NCBI GenBank assembly: GCA_030324005.1
Contig: JARDVH010000193.1
Coordinates: 21,560,098-21,622,170 of the forward strand
DNA: 62,073 nucleotides
Direction of reading: 5' to 3'
DNA from: Negaprion brevirostris
Lineage: Eukaryota
The position numbers were made by a program, and so were the translations under genes. The notes below the pieces were generated by a model that was not told the origin of the DNA, made no database searches, and was given only the letters and a program-made list of their open reading frames with translations. This document shows positions 38,980-52,530 of this stretch, piece by piece. Numbering within the stretch: the stretch's first letter is position 1; each line of letters begins with the position of its first letter.

Positions 38980-40060
38980 GGCGGGGTGGTGGGGTAACTT
39001 TCCAACATTGCCATGTCTGAAGCAGATTGCTCTGATCCCTGAAAACAGCATGCCTGCCTGAAAATCAGTTTTGCGCCCAGCAGCAAACAGTTTTCAATCA
39101 CCCCAGCCTCTTTCTCATGGTGCAAACCAGATTGCTCCTGGAGAGGGCATGAGACCCATTAGTATATATAAAGTAGCATTTAAAATGCCTAGCCCATTCG
39201 ATGTTGGATTCTCCGAGCTCCTGGGACCTTCCGACTGGTGAGAATCATTCCTAGTCTCCTTTAACAGACACCAGGCGTGATGGCCGCATCAGAGGGCTCA
39301 GAGGCCATTGAAGCTCCCACGTGTTGGGGACATGGCTGAGCAGTGCCCATCAGGGAATGCCCACCTGGCAATGACCCTAGAAGTGCCAGTTGGACACTGC
39401 CACTGTGCCATGGGCAGTGCCAAGGAAGGAGCGTCTGAGTGGGGGCTGAGCCAGTGGGGGCTATGCAGTGCGGGGCTATACAGAGGACGGTCATAGAAAA
39501 TGGAGCATGAAGAGGGACATGTCATTATGGGGGGCATTGCAGGGTAATGAAGGACATCCTATTTTGGGAGGTCACCAATGCCCCAACACTGGCTAGCTAT
39601 ATTAGGAGGAGGGTGAAGAAACATGCTGCTGATGGCAGAGGGAGAATCCCAACATGCGTGGCTGGAGGACAGGGTCTCCCAGTGTATTGAGCAATCAGGG
39701 ATCTCAGTCAGGCCCTACCCACTTGGCAGTGCCACAGTACCACTGTCATGGTGCTCAGTGGGCACTGTTGGGGTGTCCGGTGTGCATTGCCAGTGTGTCA
39801 AGTGAGCACAGCCCAGCCTCATCCCCAACCACCCTGAAGAGTCAATGGCCTTCCAAAACGGCACACGAGCACTTTGCAGCTGGGCCGACTAGCATGTTTG
39901 CCCCTGTGCCCCCAGAACACGCAGGAAACTCACTGCTGTCCTGAAGAATGACTGAATGTGGGAATGATTGGGTCCAGGCTGCTCCTGACACTCATGTGTG
40001 GATCACTCCAGTATTCTCGCCATTATGACACTTAACGGATTTTTGAGGAAAATTCCGCCC
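38980..40060. mobile_element. GC-rich non-autonomous DNA transposon remnant (Harbinger-like)
   Basis: Abrupt GC-rich island with repeated ggcagtgcca/gggcactg motifs, ending in TIR-like gaaaattccgccc. Confidence 0.5.
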
Positions 40061-40279
40061 CTTATGTAAATCCAAAATGTTGTTCACCTCCCCTACTTCC
40101 ATTCTCATGACTGCTTTATTATTGGAGAAATTATGAATGGGTCTTTAAACTGCAGAATTGTCAATGAACAGTCCCATTTCTGACCTTGTAATAGATTATC
40201 CGTGAGCAGATTATTCATGAATAGTTTCACTTGATGGCATTATTAATTACTTCTATTATCGACTAATTGGTAGGAGGCT

Positions 40280-41060
40280 AATATGGAGCAAGAGGTTACA
40301 AAGGAACAGAGACAGACTAAGTGAGTGAGCAACAACTAAAGCAGCTGGAGTTCACTGTAGTGAGGTTCATCCACTTTGAATCCGAGAAAGACAAATCAGG
40401 GTGTTGTCTTAATACAAAGAGACCAGGAGCTGTCAAAGAACATACAGAAGGGCACTGATACAAAAACAAGCAAAAAACTAATGGAGTGCTGACCTTTATA
40501 TCAAGTCGTTTGAAAGAGAAAAGTGAAGAAATGTGCTTTGGTCGTACATAATTTTGTCAGACCCACCTGAACAGCATTCAGTATGGTCATTGCACAAAAA
40601 ATTTAGGAGTCAGTGTAGTGTAGTGCAATGATGTAAGGGCTTCAAGGGTTAAATTCTGAGGACAGCTTGAATAAATGTGGTTTGTATTCCCTTGAGTAGA
40701 GAAGGTTGAGGGGTGATCAAATTGAGGTGTTTAAAATGATAAAGGGATTAGATACAGATAAACTATTTTATCTAATAAGGAATCCAGAACAAGGGGCCAT
40801 AACCTTAAAATTAGAATTAAAGAGATGGGATTGAATGAAGAAACATTTTTAACACTATGGAAAATGAAAACCTCCCCAAAAGTCTATAGATGCTGATGCA
40901 ACTGAAATTCCCAATAATATGATAAGACTTCTTTAAATAATACTACCAAGGAATTTGGAGAAAAGATGATTAAATGAAGCACATGTACAATCTGCTAAAA
41001 TCTGCCAGAATGGTCAGATGGGCTCAAGGAGCTAAATGGCCCATTCATATTATCTAACTT
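40280..41060 (+). mobile_element. Degraded CR1 LINE 3' part
   Basis: SLE*RRLRGDQIEVFKMIKG and SRTRGHNLKI motifs, plus tail. Confidence 0.75.
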
Positions 41061-41388
41061 CCTACTTTACAATGAATTGGTTGGGTAAGACTTACCCCAC
41101 TATTTTAAGTTAGTGCTACCTGAGCCATATTTTGCATTGTTGAAAAAAAATCCACCAGTGCCTTAACTATATATCTTTTTCTTAGCTTGAGGATAGCTTG
41201 GGTGGACAGGTCTTCAGCATTACAGGCTGGATATTATCTGGCCCTATAGCCTTTGTTGTGCAATGTTATGTGGACTAAACTCAATTGACAGACATGAATA
41301 CCTGTAATGAGGGGAAGGTTGAAGTTCCTCGGAGAATGACGTCGGATTTTAGTCATTATGATTTAATTACTTGGTCAGCTGATTGTAA

Positions 41389-41691
41389 GAATCATAGAAT
41401 CCTACAGTGCAGAGGGAGGCCATTGAGCCCATCGAGCCTGTACTGACAAAACTCACACCCAGGCCCTATTCCACTAACCCTATGAATTTACCCTGCTAAT
41501 CCCACTGACACCATGGGGCAATTTAGCATGGCCAGTCAACCTAACCTACACATCTTCGCGGTGTGAGAGGAAACTGGAACAGCCAGAGGAAACCCATGCA
41601 GACATGGGAAAAATATACAAACTCCGCGTAGTCACCTAAGGCTGGAATTGAACCCGGGTCCCTGGCACTGTGAATGCTACTATGCCACCCT
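41389..41691 (-). mobile_element. HE1-type V-SINE
   Basis: Same layout as 33905-34231. Confidence 0.88.
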
Positions 41692-41782
41692 AACAAAAGT
41701 TTGTTCTTATTATTGATAGAATATTGGCAAAATCTTTGCTAACACTTGGCACTAGGGCTGGAGGGGAAGAATAAACAATATT

Positions 41783-42613
41783 GGCTGGGATTTACCCAAA
41801 ACAAAACCACATGCCCAAAGGGCAGGAACCCACCCATTTTTGGGCATACTTACCCGAATGAATCTCCCGACATTCTGAGTAATACAGAGTGCCTCGGAGT
41901 GATACATGCTGAAAAGTGATGGATAAGGTCTATTCCCTCCTGAGAGGCTGGCAGCATAGTGCTGAGCGGGTCACTGTGCATGTGCCGATCTGTCAGTGTA
42001 CTGGTATCCCCATCNNNNNNNNNNNNNNNTCCCATGAACTGCCCCCTACGCTGGCCTTCCCAACCCCGCCCAAACTGCTGGCATCCCAGCCCCCGCCCCC
42101 CATGGCCAACCCTGACCTCCTCCACCCCATTGACCAGGCCCGAAACCATCAACCCCCCCAGCCCCCTGATGGTCAATCTCGATCGCTCTCCACACTCCGT
42201 TCCCCACTGATCCCACTTGCAGGGTGGCAGCAGGTCCACCTCTCCAGCAGTGGTTAGCACTGCTGTCTCACAATGCCAGGGACCCGGGTTTGATTCATGG
42301 CTTGGGTCACTGTCTGTGCGGAGTCTGCACATTCTCCCCTTGTCTGCATGGGTTTCTTCCAGATGCTCCGGATTCCTCTCACAATCCAAAGATGTGCTGA
42401 TTTGGTGCATTGGCCATGCTAAATTCTTCATCCGTGTATCCAAACAAGCACTAGCATGTGGCAACTAGATTTCCACAGTAACTTCTTTGCAGTGTTAATG
42501 TAAGCCTACTTGTGATACTAATTAATAAACTTTAAACCTACAAAACTCATATGGAAATTTCGTGTGGAGCTGATTGTGCTCAAGCAGCACAGCAGACCAG
42601 GAGAATCCCGGCC
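41783..42613. mobile_element. PIF/Harbinger-type MITE
   Basis: TIRs ggctgggatttacc / ggagaatcccggcc (12/14); ATT on both flanks (3-bp TSD). Confidence 0.7.
42246..42535 (+). mobile_element. V-SINE with alternative tail, nested in the MITE
   Basis: cagtggttagcactgct...gggtttgattc...V-domain...cacagtaacttc...taataaactttaaa. Confidence 0.85.
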
Positions 42614-42779
42614 ATTAAGTCTATTAACCAATTGGTAGACTGAAATCTTGTTTTGTTGAGTGTCCCAAAGACAGGACTGAAAATGTGCAGTTCTTCCACT
42701 CAGAGACATAATCAGGCAACTGTCAGCCAATTATCTATGCAGAAGCTAGTTCAATTTGCAGTGGGAGCAGACAGGAATT

Positions 42780-43140
42780 TGTCAGGCCTTTACCTCACAC
42801 ACATCATACTTAAATGACACCCAAAAGGGCATCCAGTTCCTGCAATCCAGCTGCATCATTCTTGCTGTTATTTTGGAGATTTTTCCAACTTGAAGTGCTG
42901 CTAGCCCCTTTCTCAACTATCCCCTCTGGATCCCTGGAACTGTTGTTATCTTCCCCCTCCTCAACTGTTCCCCCCCGATCCCTGGAACTGCTGCTAATCC
43001 GCTCCTCCAGAGCTGCCATCCGATCTTAGTGCAATGAAACCTCCTTTCCTCTGTTCCATCGGAGATTTTCGTACAAGGTAAGCAGTCCCTACTCCACTTC
43101 CCAGAATAAATCCACCAGGATTGCATGCCATCTTTAACCA
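42780..43140 (-). mobile_element. Possible L1/Tx1 ORF1 remnant with a 48-bp tandem duplication
   Basis: RMAALEERISS...NLQNNSK resembles the ORF1 coiled-coil end; duplicated unit ctcaact..ccc..gatccctggaactg at 42912 and 42960. Confidence 0.3.
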
Positions 43141-45204
43141 GTCATGGATCTGAAGCCACATGCTTTTCATTTGATATCAAGTGCATTGCAAAGGAACAAC
43201 TTAATCATCAAACTTTTTTTGTTTTAATCAGTATGCATAACATGCTAATACATTAAAAATGGGTTCCTGCCACTTGTTGTCGGGAAGCACCATCAGCTCT
43301 CAATCTGCTGCCACCTTAATTCGCTACTTTCATCCCATTGTCAGGAAGCTGACTTTTCATCACCCACATAATTAAGTGCCCACATCCACTTTCCCACTCC
43401 CAGTAGCAACACAACATTCCAGCCATAATCTTTCAGTGTGCACATTATCACATATCAACAAAACAAAGGGTATTATTAACACAAAAGCACAAAAGTTCAG
43501 GGTACACATGAAAAATAGTAGATACCTTAAAATGATTATTTCAAAGCTGCAATCTAATACTAGAGTTCAAAAATGTTTGTAAACCATTAAGCTTTCTTGT
43601 CATAGTTTATGGACTTGTTTGAGAATTTCAATTCTACTATTCCCTTAATAATATTATATCCATTATTCTTTATTTTAAGTTACTTTTGAAGCACATCTGT
43701 TGGCATGAACGCAGCAACAATGCAAGCATACTATAGATGGTGTATCCTTTAGCCAAAGCCCAGAGGGCTGATAGTATTTTATATTTCAGATAATTTCATT
43801 TTTGGATACCACATGTAAACTTGTATCACAATAGACTAAGTTAAGCTAGTTATCGTCTAAAGTAACTAAAATGGCTGGAAATGTCAGATGTGTCGCTGAA
43901 TAATAAACACATGGTACCTGTAGTAAGTTTATTTTCGATAAGTTCACCGTAAAAATTGCAAGGCAAACCCCATGCAGATAAAGAACATGTCTTCCCATGC
44001 TAAAGGTTGATGAGGTTCAAAAATCTGTGTGTTCAGTTTTTGGGTATACAGATAAGGATACTCAACCTGTACAAAATATTAATGCATTTACTGACTTTAT
44101 TCATATTGTATTACATAAATTGTACACCAGGTTTACTGCACTGAGGTACCACACAGTGATTGTATTCCAAAATCAAACAATGTACATCTGACCCAGCATG
44201 TAGTGTAAATTACTAGATTTTCCAAACAAAATCCTAGAAAGAGCAATTGTCCTAATATGATTGATCCAAATATTTCACAGTATAAAAGTTGAGAGGAATA
44301 TGAATAGGCCGACTTATATCAAATCTCGGTGTACAAATCACCCATATACTCCTGAAAGTAGCACCTCCCTATCTCACTCCTCACATAAATTAATTTTAAA
44401 TCAAAAGAGGAAGATGCCTTACCAATTTCTCAGGATAGGTTCCCTTCAGGTTAAAAAAAAGTACAAAACACTGAGCAGTTTTTGGGTGGTTCAGGTTCAG
44501 GGCTTGACATGGTGGAGCCATGGAAATCTTTGTTCCCCAAGCCTTAGTAAGAAAGTCAAATATTTATGGAAAGGGGGCATCATGTTGACAGGCTGAAAAG
44601 GAAGGCACTCAGAGATGAACTAATCAATTTATGATCAGGACAAAAGGGATTCATTATGTTCACCAGATCTCTAGGAAAAAATTGTTTCTTTACTCTGTTG
44701 TAAAGTAACAAACGTTTGTGATATATAACAAAAAATTCCATTAGCTTGGAACAGTCATCATCACTTACTAATGTCTTCTATCATCTATCCATAGAAATGT
44801 CCAGGGAAGAATATTTAGACTAAGTTCGTTTTGCAACCTATCATCTGGAATTGTGTCCGAATACATATTTCATGAATCTAAGGAGAAACGATTTCAATCA
44901 TTTCTTAAAATAACTGCCAATATTCATTTTATTAATTTAACCGCATTTCCAGCTACCGGTAATTAGGAACTTTCCCAAGTGATAAGTCCTAAAGTTTTTA
45001 AACGTTCATCACCTGTTACTGAGACTAGTCCACTGTCAAAGCTTTTATCAACACTAATGTTATTTCAAATGTCCTAATTTCAAACTTAGTGAACTCTTCA
45101 TTATTGTCAAATGATGGTATGAAAGTATTTAGAAGCTGAGTAACTAATTTATGTTGCTTCTTAATCTTTTAGATTTGCTGCCAATGTCAGTGCTTTTATT
45201 TAGA

Positions 45205-45475
45205 TAGGGCTTTAAACTAATTGGGGGGGGGGAGGGTGCGAGGGTAGGTGACATTACGAGGTCTAAAGTAAAGGAGAGGGTACAGGGTAAGGGAAGAGNN
45301 NNNNNNNNNNNNNNNNNNNNNNNNNNNNNNNNNNNNNNNNNNNNNNNNNNNNNNNNNNNNNNNNNNNNNNNNNNNNNNNNNNNNNNNNNNNNNNNNNNGC
45401 CATGATCTTATTGAATGGCGGGGCAGGCGCGAGGGGCTAGATGGCCTACTCCTGCTCCTATTTCTTATGTTCTTA
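45205..45475 (+). mobile_element. CR1 LINE collapsed across a 100-N gap
   Basis: ORF1-end signature gggctttaaactaat before the gap and a young CR1 3' tail (atggcctactcctgctcctatttcttatgttctta) after it. Confidence 0.65.
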
Positions 45476-45584
45476 AGTTTTGTATGGTGTCATATTTATC
45501 GTAGTTTGCACGTTGTGATTGGATCTGCAACATGATTTGATCCCTGAGATGTTAGACAACAGTTTCATTGCATAGGTTAGTTTT

Positions 45585-47110
45585 TCATTGTTCTTTGAAG
45601 GATTGTGAGCATCGATGGCAAAACCAGCATTATTGCCCACACCTAATTGCCCTGACAAGGTGATAGTGAGCCATCTTCTTTAACCACTGCAGTCCATCTG
45701 CTGTATGTGCATATACAATGCTGTTAGAAATAGAATTCCAGGTTTTTGTATGAGCAACAATGAAAGAACAGCAATATTTCCAATTCCAAGTCAGGAGCAT
45801 GTGTGACCTGGAGCGGGGGCATTCAGATGGTAGTGCTCCCACATTTCTGCTGCCCTTGTCCATCTAGGTGGTAAAGGTCACTGGTTTTGAAGGTACTGTT
45901 GAAGAAGTCTTGGTGAATTGCTTCAGTGCATCTTGTAGATGGTATTGATGCCATGAATGTCAGTGGCAGAGGGAGTCAATGTGCAAGGTGGTGCCGATCA
46001 AACAGGCTGCTTTGTGTCAAGCTGCTTGAATGTTGTTGGAGCTGTATTCATCAAAGCAAACGAAGAGCATTCCATCACATCCTGGCTTGTTCCTTGTAGA
46101 TGGTAGACAAGCTTTGGGATGTCAGGAGGTGAGTTACTCACCATACTGTTTCCAGCCTCTTACCTACTCTTGCAACCACAGTATTTATATGGTCTCTTTA
46201 AGTTTCTGGTCAGTGGTAACCCTTGTCTGTTGATGTTCAGAAATCAGTAATGCTAATGGCATTGAACATCAAATGAGGATGGTTAGATTCTGTCTTGTTG
46301 GAGATGGTTATTGCCTTGCACAAATGTCACTTGTCATTTATTAGCCCAAGCCTGAATGTTGCAGCATATAGAATCATACAGTGCAGAAGAAGGCCATTCA
46401 GCCCAACGAGTCTGCACTGGCCACAATCCCACCGAGGCCCTATCCCCATAACCCCATGCATGTATCCAAGCTAGAACCCCTGAGACTAAGCGGCAATTTN
46501 NNNNNNNNNNNNNNNNNNNNNNNNNNNNNNNNNNNNNNNNNNNNNNNNNNNNNNNNNNNNNNNNNNNNNNNNNNNNNNNNNNNNNNNNNNNNNNNNNNNN
46601 NNNNNNNNNNNNNNNNNNNNNNNNNNNNNNNNNNNNNNNNNNNNNNNNNNNNNNNNNNNNNNNNNNNNNNNNNNNNNNNNNNNNNNNNNNNNNNNNNNNN
46701 NNNNNNNNNNNNNNNNNNNNNNNNNNNNNNNNCAAACATCCCCACTTCTGACCTTGTGATGGAGGGAAAGTCATTGATGAAGCAGCTGGAAATGGTTGGG
46801 CCTTGGATACTACCCTGAGGTACTCCTGCAGTGTTGTCTTAGGATTGAGATGATTGATCTAGAACAACCATCATAACCTTTGTGCCAGATATGACTTTAA
46901 CCAATGAAGAGTTTAATTCCTACTTCCCCTTGACTTCAATTTTGCAGGGATACCTGATGCCACAATTGGTCAATTGCTATCTTGATGTTAAGGGCTGTCA
47001 CTCTCATCTCACCTCTTGAATTCAACTCTTTGTTCATATTTGGACCAAGGCTGTAATGATATCAAGAATCAAATGGTCCTGGTGAAAGCAAAACTGAGCA
47101 TCAGTAAGCA
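45585..47110 (-). mobile_element. LINE family B RT and 3' end with a nested HE1
   Basis: Tail gcattattgcccacacctaattgccc; GVPQGSIQGPTISSCFINDFPS (RT core) on the minus strand. Confidence 0.8.
46368..46499 (-). mobile_element. HE1-type SINE 3' end running into a gap
   Basis: atagaatcatacagtgcagaagaaggccattcagccc... Confidence 0.8.
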
Positions 47111-47451
47111 GAGTTTTATGATACTAAATTTAAAGTTATAGCCAAAAAAAGTAATAATCTCATAAACCTCTTAAATGTAACAACATGCTGAGCAATTTTA
47201 CACATTATCAGGCAGATGCCATTTTTGTAACTTGGCGAGGCATGTGACTGATAGCTGTTAAATTTGTTCCAATAAATAAGTAAAAATCAAAAATCACTTC
47301 ATGGTCAGACATAAAAGACAGCTTCTGCAGTAAGCTAAAGTTAGATTCCCTGTCTTAGTCAGAACAAAGATAGTTAGACATTTTTATTGATTCAAAACTT
47401 CTAATGAATCAAGTGTATGTTTGCTGTACATTGAATTGACATTTTTTTTAG

Positions 47452-47740
47452 TCATAAGAAATTGGAGCAAGAGTACACATTTGACCCTCAAGCCTGTTCC
47501 ACCCCCTTAAGTAAAATCCTGGCTAATCTGACTGTGGCTATAACTTCACTTTCTTACTTGCCCTCCACAATCCTTGATTCCTTTGATCGGAAGTCTGTTT
47601 AACGTAGCCTTGAATGTATTCAATTATTCAGACCCCATGCCCTCTGTGGCGGTGAATTCCAAAGAATAATGCCTCTTAAAAAAAAGACATTATTTCTCCT
47701 CTTTGCCTTAAATGGGAGACCCCTTAATTTGAAACTGTCC
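47452..47740 (-). mobile_element. CR1 LINE 3' end
   Basis: cataagaaattggagcaaga...ccctcaagcctg tail. Confidence 0.7.
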
Positions 47741-49369
47741 CCCCTCCCTCCCTCCCCCCCAAGTATAGACTATATATTGAATTGAAGTGAATGCCGATTA
47801 TAGAGCAGACTGTCTCTTGATTTCGTGGGATGCACTGATGCACATCATCGAGGCTCAAGGATCACCTGGAAATCAATGTTCCCATTAATTAGCACAAAGT
47901 TCCTATGACCGATAATAATGGACCTTGGTATTCTAATTTGGGATTATCCAACCACTGAGATAATAGTGTTATAATAAAGTGCCCTTTCCAAACCTCCAAA
48001 CCCATAAAATCCAAACAATGAATCAACAAATAAGAAATATTAACACAAAAGTGATTGAATTGCTTGAGCTTCTAGATTGACAAATCTCAGGCCCTGCTAT
48101 GAAGTGACTCAGCATGAGACTTTCAGCAGATATTTCTGTGTGGGTGTTTCATCAGTATAACTTTGCAGAATAGATTGTTTAGACAGTTTGCAAGAGGGTG
48201 ACATCCCAGAACAGCTTGTGTCTGACATATCTGCAGGATCTGTTGAAAGGGGATTAGGGGTGGGTAATAAATGCTGGCTTTGCATCCTTTGAATGAATTT
48301 AAAAAATATATGCTTCTACTTCAAATATATTGCAACTTTACAGACTCCTCACCGAAAGCAAAATACCCTCTGTAAGTGCTTTTTATCAGAAGTTGCAAAC
48401 AGTACATATAAACCAATCTAATCTAGAATTTAGAACATTTATATAATAGCACTAGTTTACTAAAATGTATATTGTGGTTTTTTTGGCACTCAGTAAGTGC
48501 CAATTATCTGTAACAAACAGCAAAGGTGATGGCATTGTGAGATTCTCCATAATTTGTCCGTAGTGTAAAATAATGTGTCTTGGAAAGCAAATCTATGAAC
48601 GTAAAAGTTTTTTTAAAATATTCATGGGATGTGGGTGTCGCTGGTTCAGTCAGCGCTTATTGCCCATCACTAATAATAAGTGTGGAATGAGGATAGCCCA
48701 GCCACCTGAATCTTCCACAGATCACATATCTCCTGCATTATAGTAGATACGATACCTCGTTACTTTGGACCCGAAATTCCCAGGTCATTGCTGTACTGCC
48801 AGACAACATGGACTTCCTCCCAAATTTAAGTAATTGAGATAGATGACCCGTAGCTGTAGCCTGGGGCACCGAAGAGGTTCCTGGTGCAAAGAAATGCCAA
48901 GCAATCAGCGCGATGCCTTTACAGACCAAAGATAAAAGTACTGTTTAAAACTTATTTCTTTCCCACAAAGATACAAAGGCTTAGCATACATAATTGATTT
49001 TCTCTGGATTAATGACTTTTCCTCCTAGAAATGCCTTGAGCTTGTTTGACAGTAAAACGGAGCCAATACCTGCATAGGCATGACTTCTGCTGAACTTAAC
49101 TGAAGTGTGATAGTTGGGATTCCTCACAAGTCCCAAGACATTCCCTAAATGTTGTTGCTAGATATATGGAGTGTAAAGGGAAAGATTCCCTTGCTTTTGT
49201 TCCATCTGGATTGTAGACACAGTTTTACTGGAGCAGAAGCCAAGCATATCAGCCCAATCTAACCTTCAATCCTGCTTCCAACAAGATATTTGTCGATCTC
49301 CTTTTTGAAGGAGTTAATTAATTCACTGTCAATTTATAGTGTACTATCATGTTGTCAGCCTTGTTCCAG

Positions 49370-49760
49370 TCACACTCTTATCTGGTTGTGGTTTGAAGGC
49401 TCATTCCAGAGATTTGAGCACATTACTAGGTTGATCTTGCTGAGGAACAGCTACGTTGTGCTGCTTTTTAGATGGAATCCTAAATTGAGGCATCTAAGGT
49501 GAACGTAAAAGATCCCACAACAATTTTCTAAGAAAACTGATGGAATTATCCTAGTAATATGGTCAATATTTATCCCCCAACCAACCCATGAAAAGCAGAC
49601 ATAACAACTCTTTGTTGTTTGTGGGACCTCGTTGAGCGTAAATTAGCCACTACATTTCTCTACGTGACAAGAGAAACAATATTTAAAATATACTTCATTA
49701 CCTTTGAGTGTTCTGGGATATTCTGAGGTCACAAAAGATGCTATATAAATGCAAGTTTTT
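49370..49760 (+). mobile_element. Deu-SINE (SacSINE1/AmnSINE-like)
   Basis: gtaaaagatcccac...gtcaatatttatccc (Deu-domain-like) and tail ctgaggtcacaaaagatgctatataaatgcaagt. Confidence 0.7.
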
Positions 49761-50189
49761 TTGAGAATCAATTTCTAATACTTTGCATGACTTGCTTGCA
49801 ATAACTGTGTGTGTTAAAAATATAACGCACAATTTTGTTCACAGTGAGTTAATTTCAATAGCAGCATGAAGTCGTGGAATAATTTAGATTTTGTTGATTT
49901 TGGACTAATTTACTAATTTGATTGAATTGTTTTGGAAACTGTTATTGGAAAGATGGACAAGAAACTGGAAAAATTTTGACTAGAACTATTCAATGAAGCT
50001 TGCATGGGATACCTCAATTTGGGTCAGGAAAAGATCAGGACTAGGAGTTAATGATATTGAAAAGTAAAGTAAAGCCATGATAAATAGGTGGAATTATGTG
50101 AAAACCAAGCAGAACAACTGAAAGATGAGTTCAGTGAGAGCGGAGCCAATGAAAAGCTGGAGGAGCAAGGACGGGTGAAGAAATGAAAA

Positions 50190-50490
50190 TAGAAAGCGGA
50201 TGAATGCGTGCGGGAGGACTTCAGATTATTGGGACATTGGGATCTGAGAGAGATTGGATCTGTCCAGACAGACTGGTTGCACCTGAAGAGAACCAGGATA
50301 GAGGTCCTTGCTAGTGCTTTTACTAGTGCTGGGAGGATGGTTTAAACTAGCATGGCAGCTGTGTGGGAACTCAGAGGTGATATGGGAGAGGAATGCCAAG
50401 GTGGACAGAGTACTGGAGATATAGATAGCATTAGAATAAGAGTAGTAAATTAACAGAGTAAGGGAGAAAATTAATAAAGTTCAAATCAGA
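50190..50490 (+). mobile_element. CR1 ORF1 esterase C-terminal fragment
   Basis: FRLLGHWD...DWLHLKRT...ggtttaaactag. Confidence 0.6.
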
Positions 50491-50499
50491 GTTACAATG

Positions 50500-51530
50500 G
50501 AAATAGAAGTCTTTTGACTCCTTGAGCCTGCTCCATCATTCAGCTAGATCACAGCTGACTTTCAACTTCAATGTCATTTTCCTACACCATCCTCATATCT
50601 CATGATATCTTTAATATCTAGACAGTTAGTCGCCAATTATTGAGCCTGGAAGAGAATTCCAAAGACTCACCGCCCTCTGATGAAGAAATTTCTTCTCATC
50701 TTAGTCCAAAATGCCTACCTTTAAATCTGAGACTGTGCCCTCTGGTTCTAGATAACCCAGCCATCTATCTTGCATCTACCCTGTTGAGCCATAAAGTCAT
50801 AGAGGTTTACAGCATGGAAGCAGGCCCTTTGGCCCAACTTGTCCATGCTGACTTTTTCTTAAACCCCTAGGCTAGTCCCAATTGCCCATATTTGGCCCAT
50901 ATCCTCTATACCTATCTTATCCTGTCAGAGATCACCTCTAGAGAACATAAGCCCAGTCACCTCAATCTCTCCTCATAAGGAAATCTCCAGCTATCCCAGG
51001 AATCACTCTGGTGAACCTTCTTCCATGGCAAATGTATCCTTAGATCAGGAGGCCGGAACAGTACACAATGCTCTGGATGTAGTCTCGCCAATGCTCCGTA
51101 GAATTGCACTAAGACTTATTACTCCTGTACTCAAGTTCTTTTGCAATAAAGGCCAACATAGGCACAGTTGCTAGGCGCAACTTCGTTAACTTTCAGTGAC
51201 TTATAATCAAGGATGCCCAGGTCCCTTTGCTTATCAACACTTCCCAGTCACTCATCTCTGCATTTCTGTTTCTTCTATCAAGATGGATAGTATTCCATCT
51301 TCCCACTCATAAAGGCTGTCTAAATGCCCTTGAAATGTCTTAGCATCCTCCTCACACTCACATTCCTACCTCATTTTGTGCCATCAGTAAACTTGGAAAT
51401 ATTGCATTTTGTCCCCACACCCAAATCACTGCTGTAGATTGTGGACACCTGCAGCCCAAATATCCTTGTGGTACCCCATTGGTCGCAGCCTGCCAACCTG
51501 ATAATGATCTATTTATTCCTAGTGTCTCTT
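50500..51530 (-). mobile_element. CR1 LINE 3' part (with a second nested CR1 tail near 50790)
   Basis: NGVPQG motif and TRGHSL motif on the minus strand. Confidence 0.75.
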
Positions 51531-51539
51531 TAATGGATC

Positions 51540-52530
51540 TTTTGAAGGTTGGAGGAAGGTTTGTAGTGGAGTTTCCCAGAGATCCATATTGGGATCCTTG
51601 CTTTTTAGAATATACATTATGACCTTGACCATGGTTTGTATGCAAGGCACAATTTCAAATTTTGCAGATGATAGGAAACTTGGAAGCATTGTGAACGGTG
51701 AGAAGGGTAGTGTAGAACTTCAAAAGTACATAGACAAATAGGTGGAATGGGCAGATGAGTTCACTGTGAAGAAGTGTGAAATTATTTATTTTGATAGGGA
51801 GAACATGGAGAGACAAATAAAATTTTAGGGTGTGCAGGAGCCAAGGAACCTGGTGTATATGTGCATATGTCATTGAATGTGATGGGACAGGTTGAAAGCA
51901 TCATTAACAAAGCATTCAGTATCCTGGCCTTTATTAATAGGGGCATAAAGCATAAGAGCAAGGAGGTTATGTTGAACTTGTGTAGGACACTAGTTTGGTC
52001 TGAGCTGGAGTGTTGCATCCAGTTCTGAATGGCACAATTTAGGAAAGATTTGAAGGCATTGGAAAGAGTACAGAAACGTTCCCAAGAATATTTCTAGGAA
52101 CATGGAACTTCAGTTATGAAGAGACCTTTAGACTATTTTCCTTGGAGCAGGAAAGGCTGAGATGAGATTTGACACAGGTATTCAAAACCATAAGGGGTCT
52201 GGAGAGAGAAGATAGGGAGAAACCGTTCCCACTCATGAAAGGATTGAGAACTGGAGGGCACAGATTTAAAATAATTGGCTGACGAAGCAAAAGTGACACA
52301 AGGGAAAATTTTTTCATGCCGTGAGTGGTTGGGGTCTGGAATGCATTGCTGTGAGTGTGGTGGAGGCAAATTCAATTGAAGCATTCTAGAGGGAATTAGA
52401 TTGTCATCTGAAAAGGAAGAATAGACATGCTTATGGAGAGAAGGTGGGGTAATGGCACAAAGCGAATTGCTCATCCAGACAGCTGGGGCAGATATGTTGA
52501 GCTGAATGGCCTCCTTCTGTACTGTAAAAT
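51540..52530 (+). mobile_element. CR1 LINE RT to 3' tail
   Basis: SGVSQRSILGSLL, FADDRKLG, ELECCIQF motifs, tail gctgaatggcctccttctgtactgtaa. Confidence 0.85.

Noticed and set aside
48738-48929. Minus-strand 63-aa ORF in unique-looking sequence as a nested gene exon
   Set aside because: No recognisable motif and no partner exons found.
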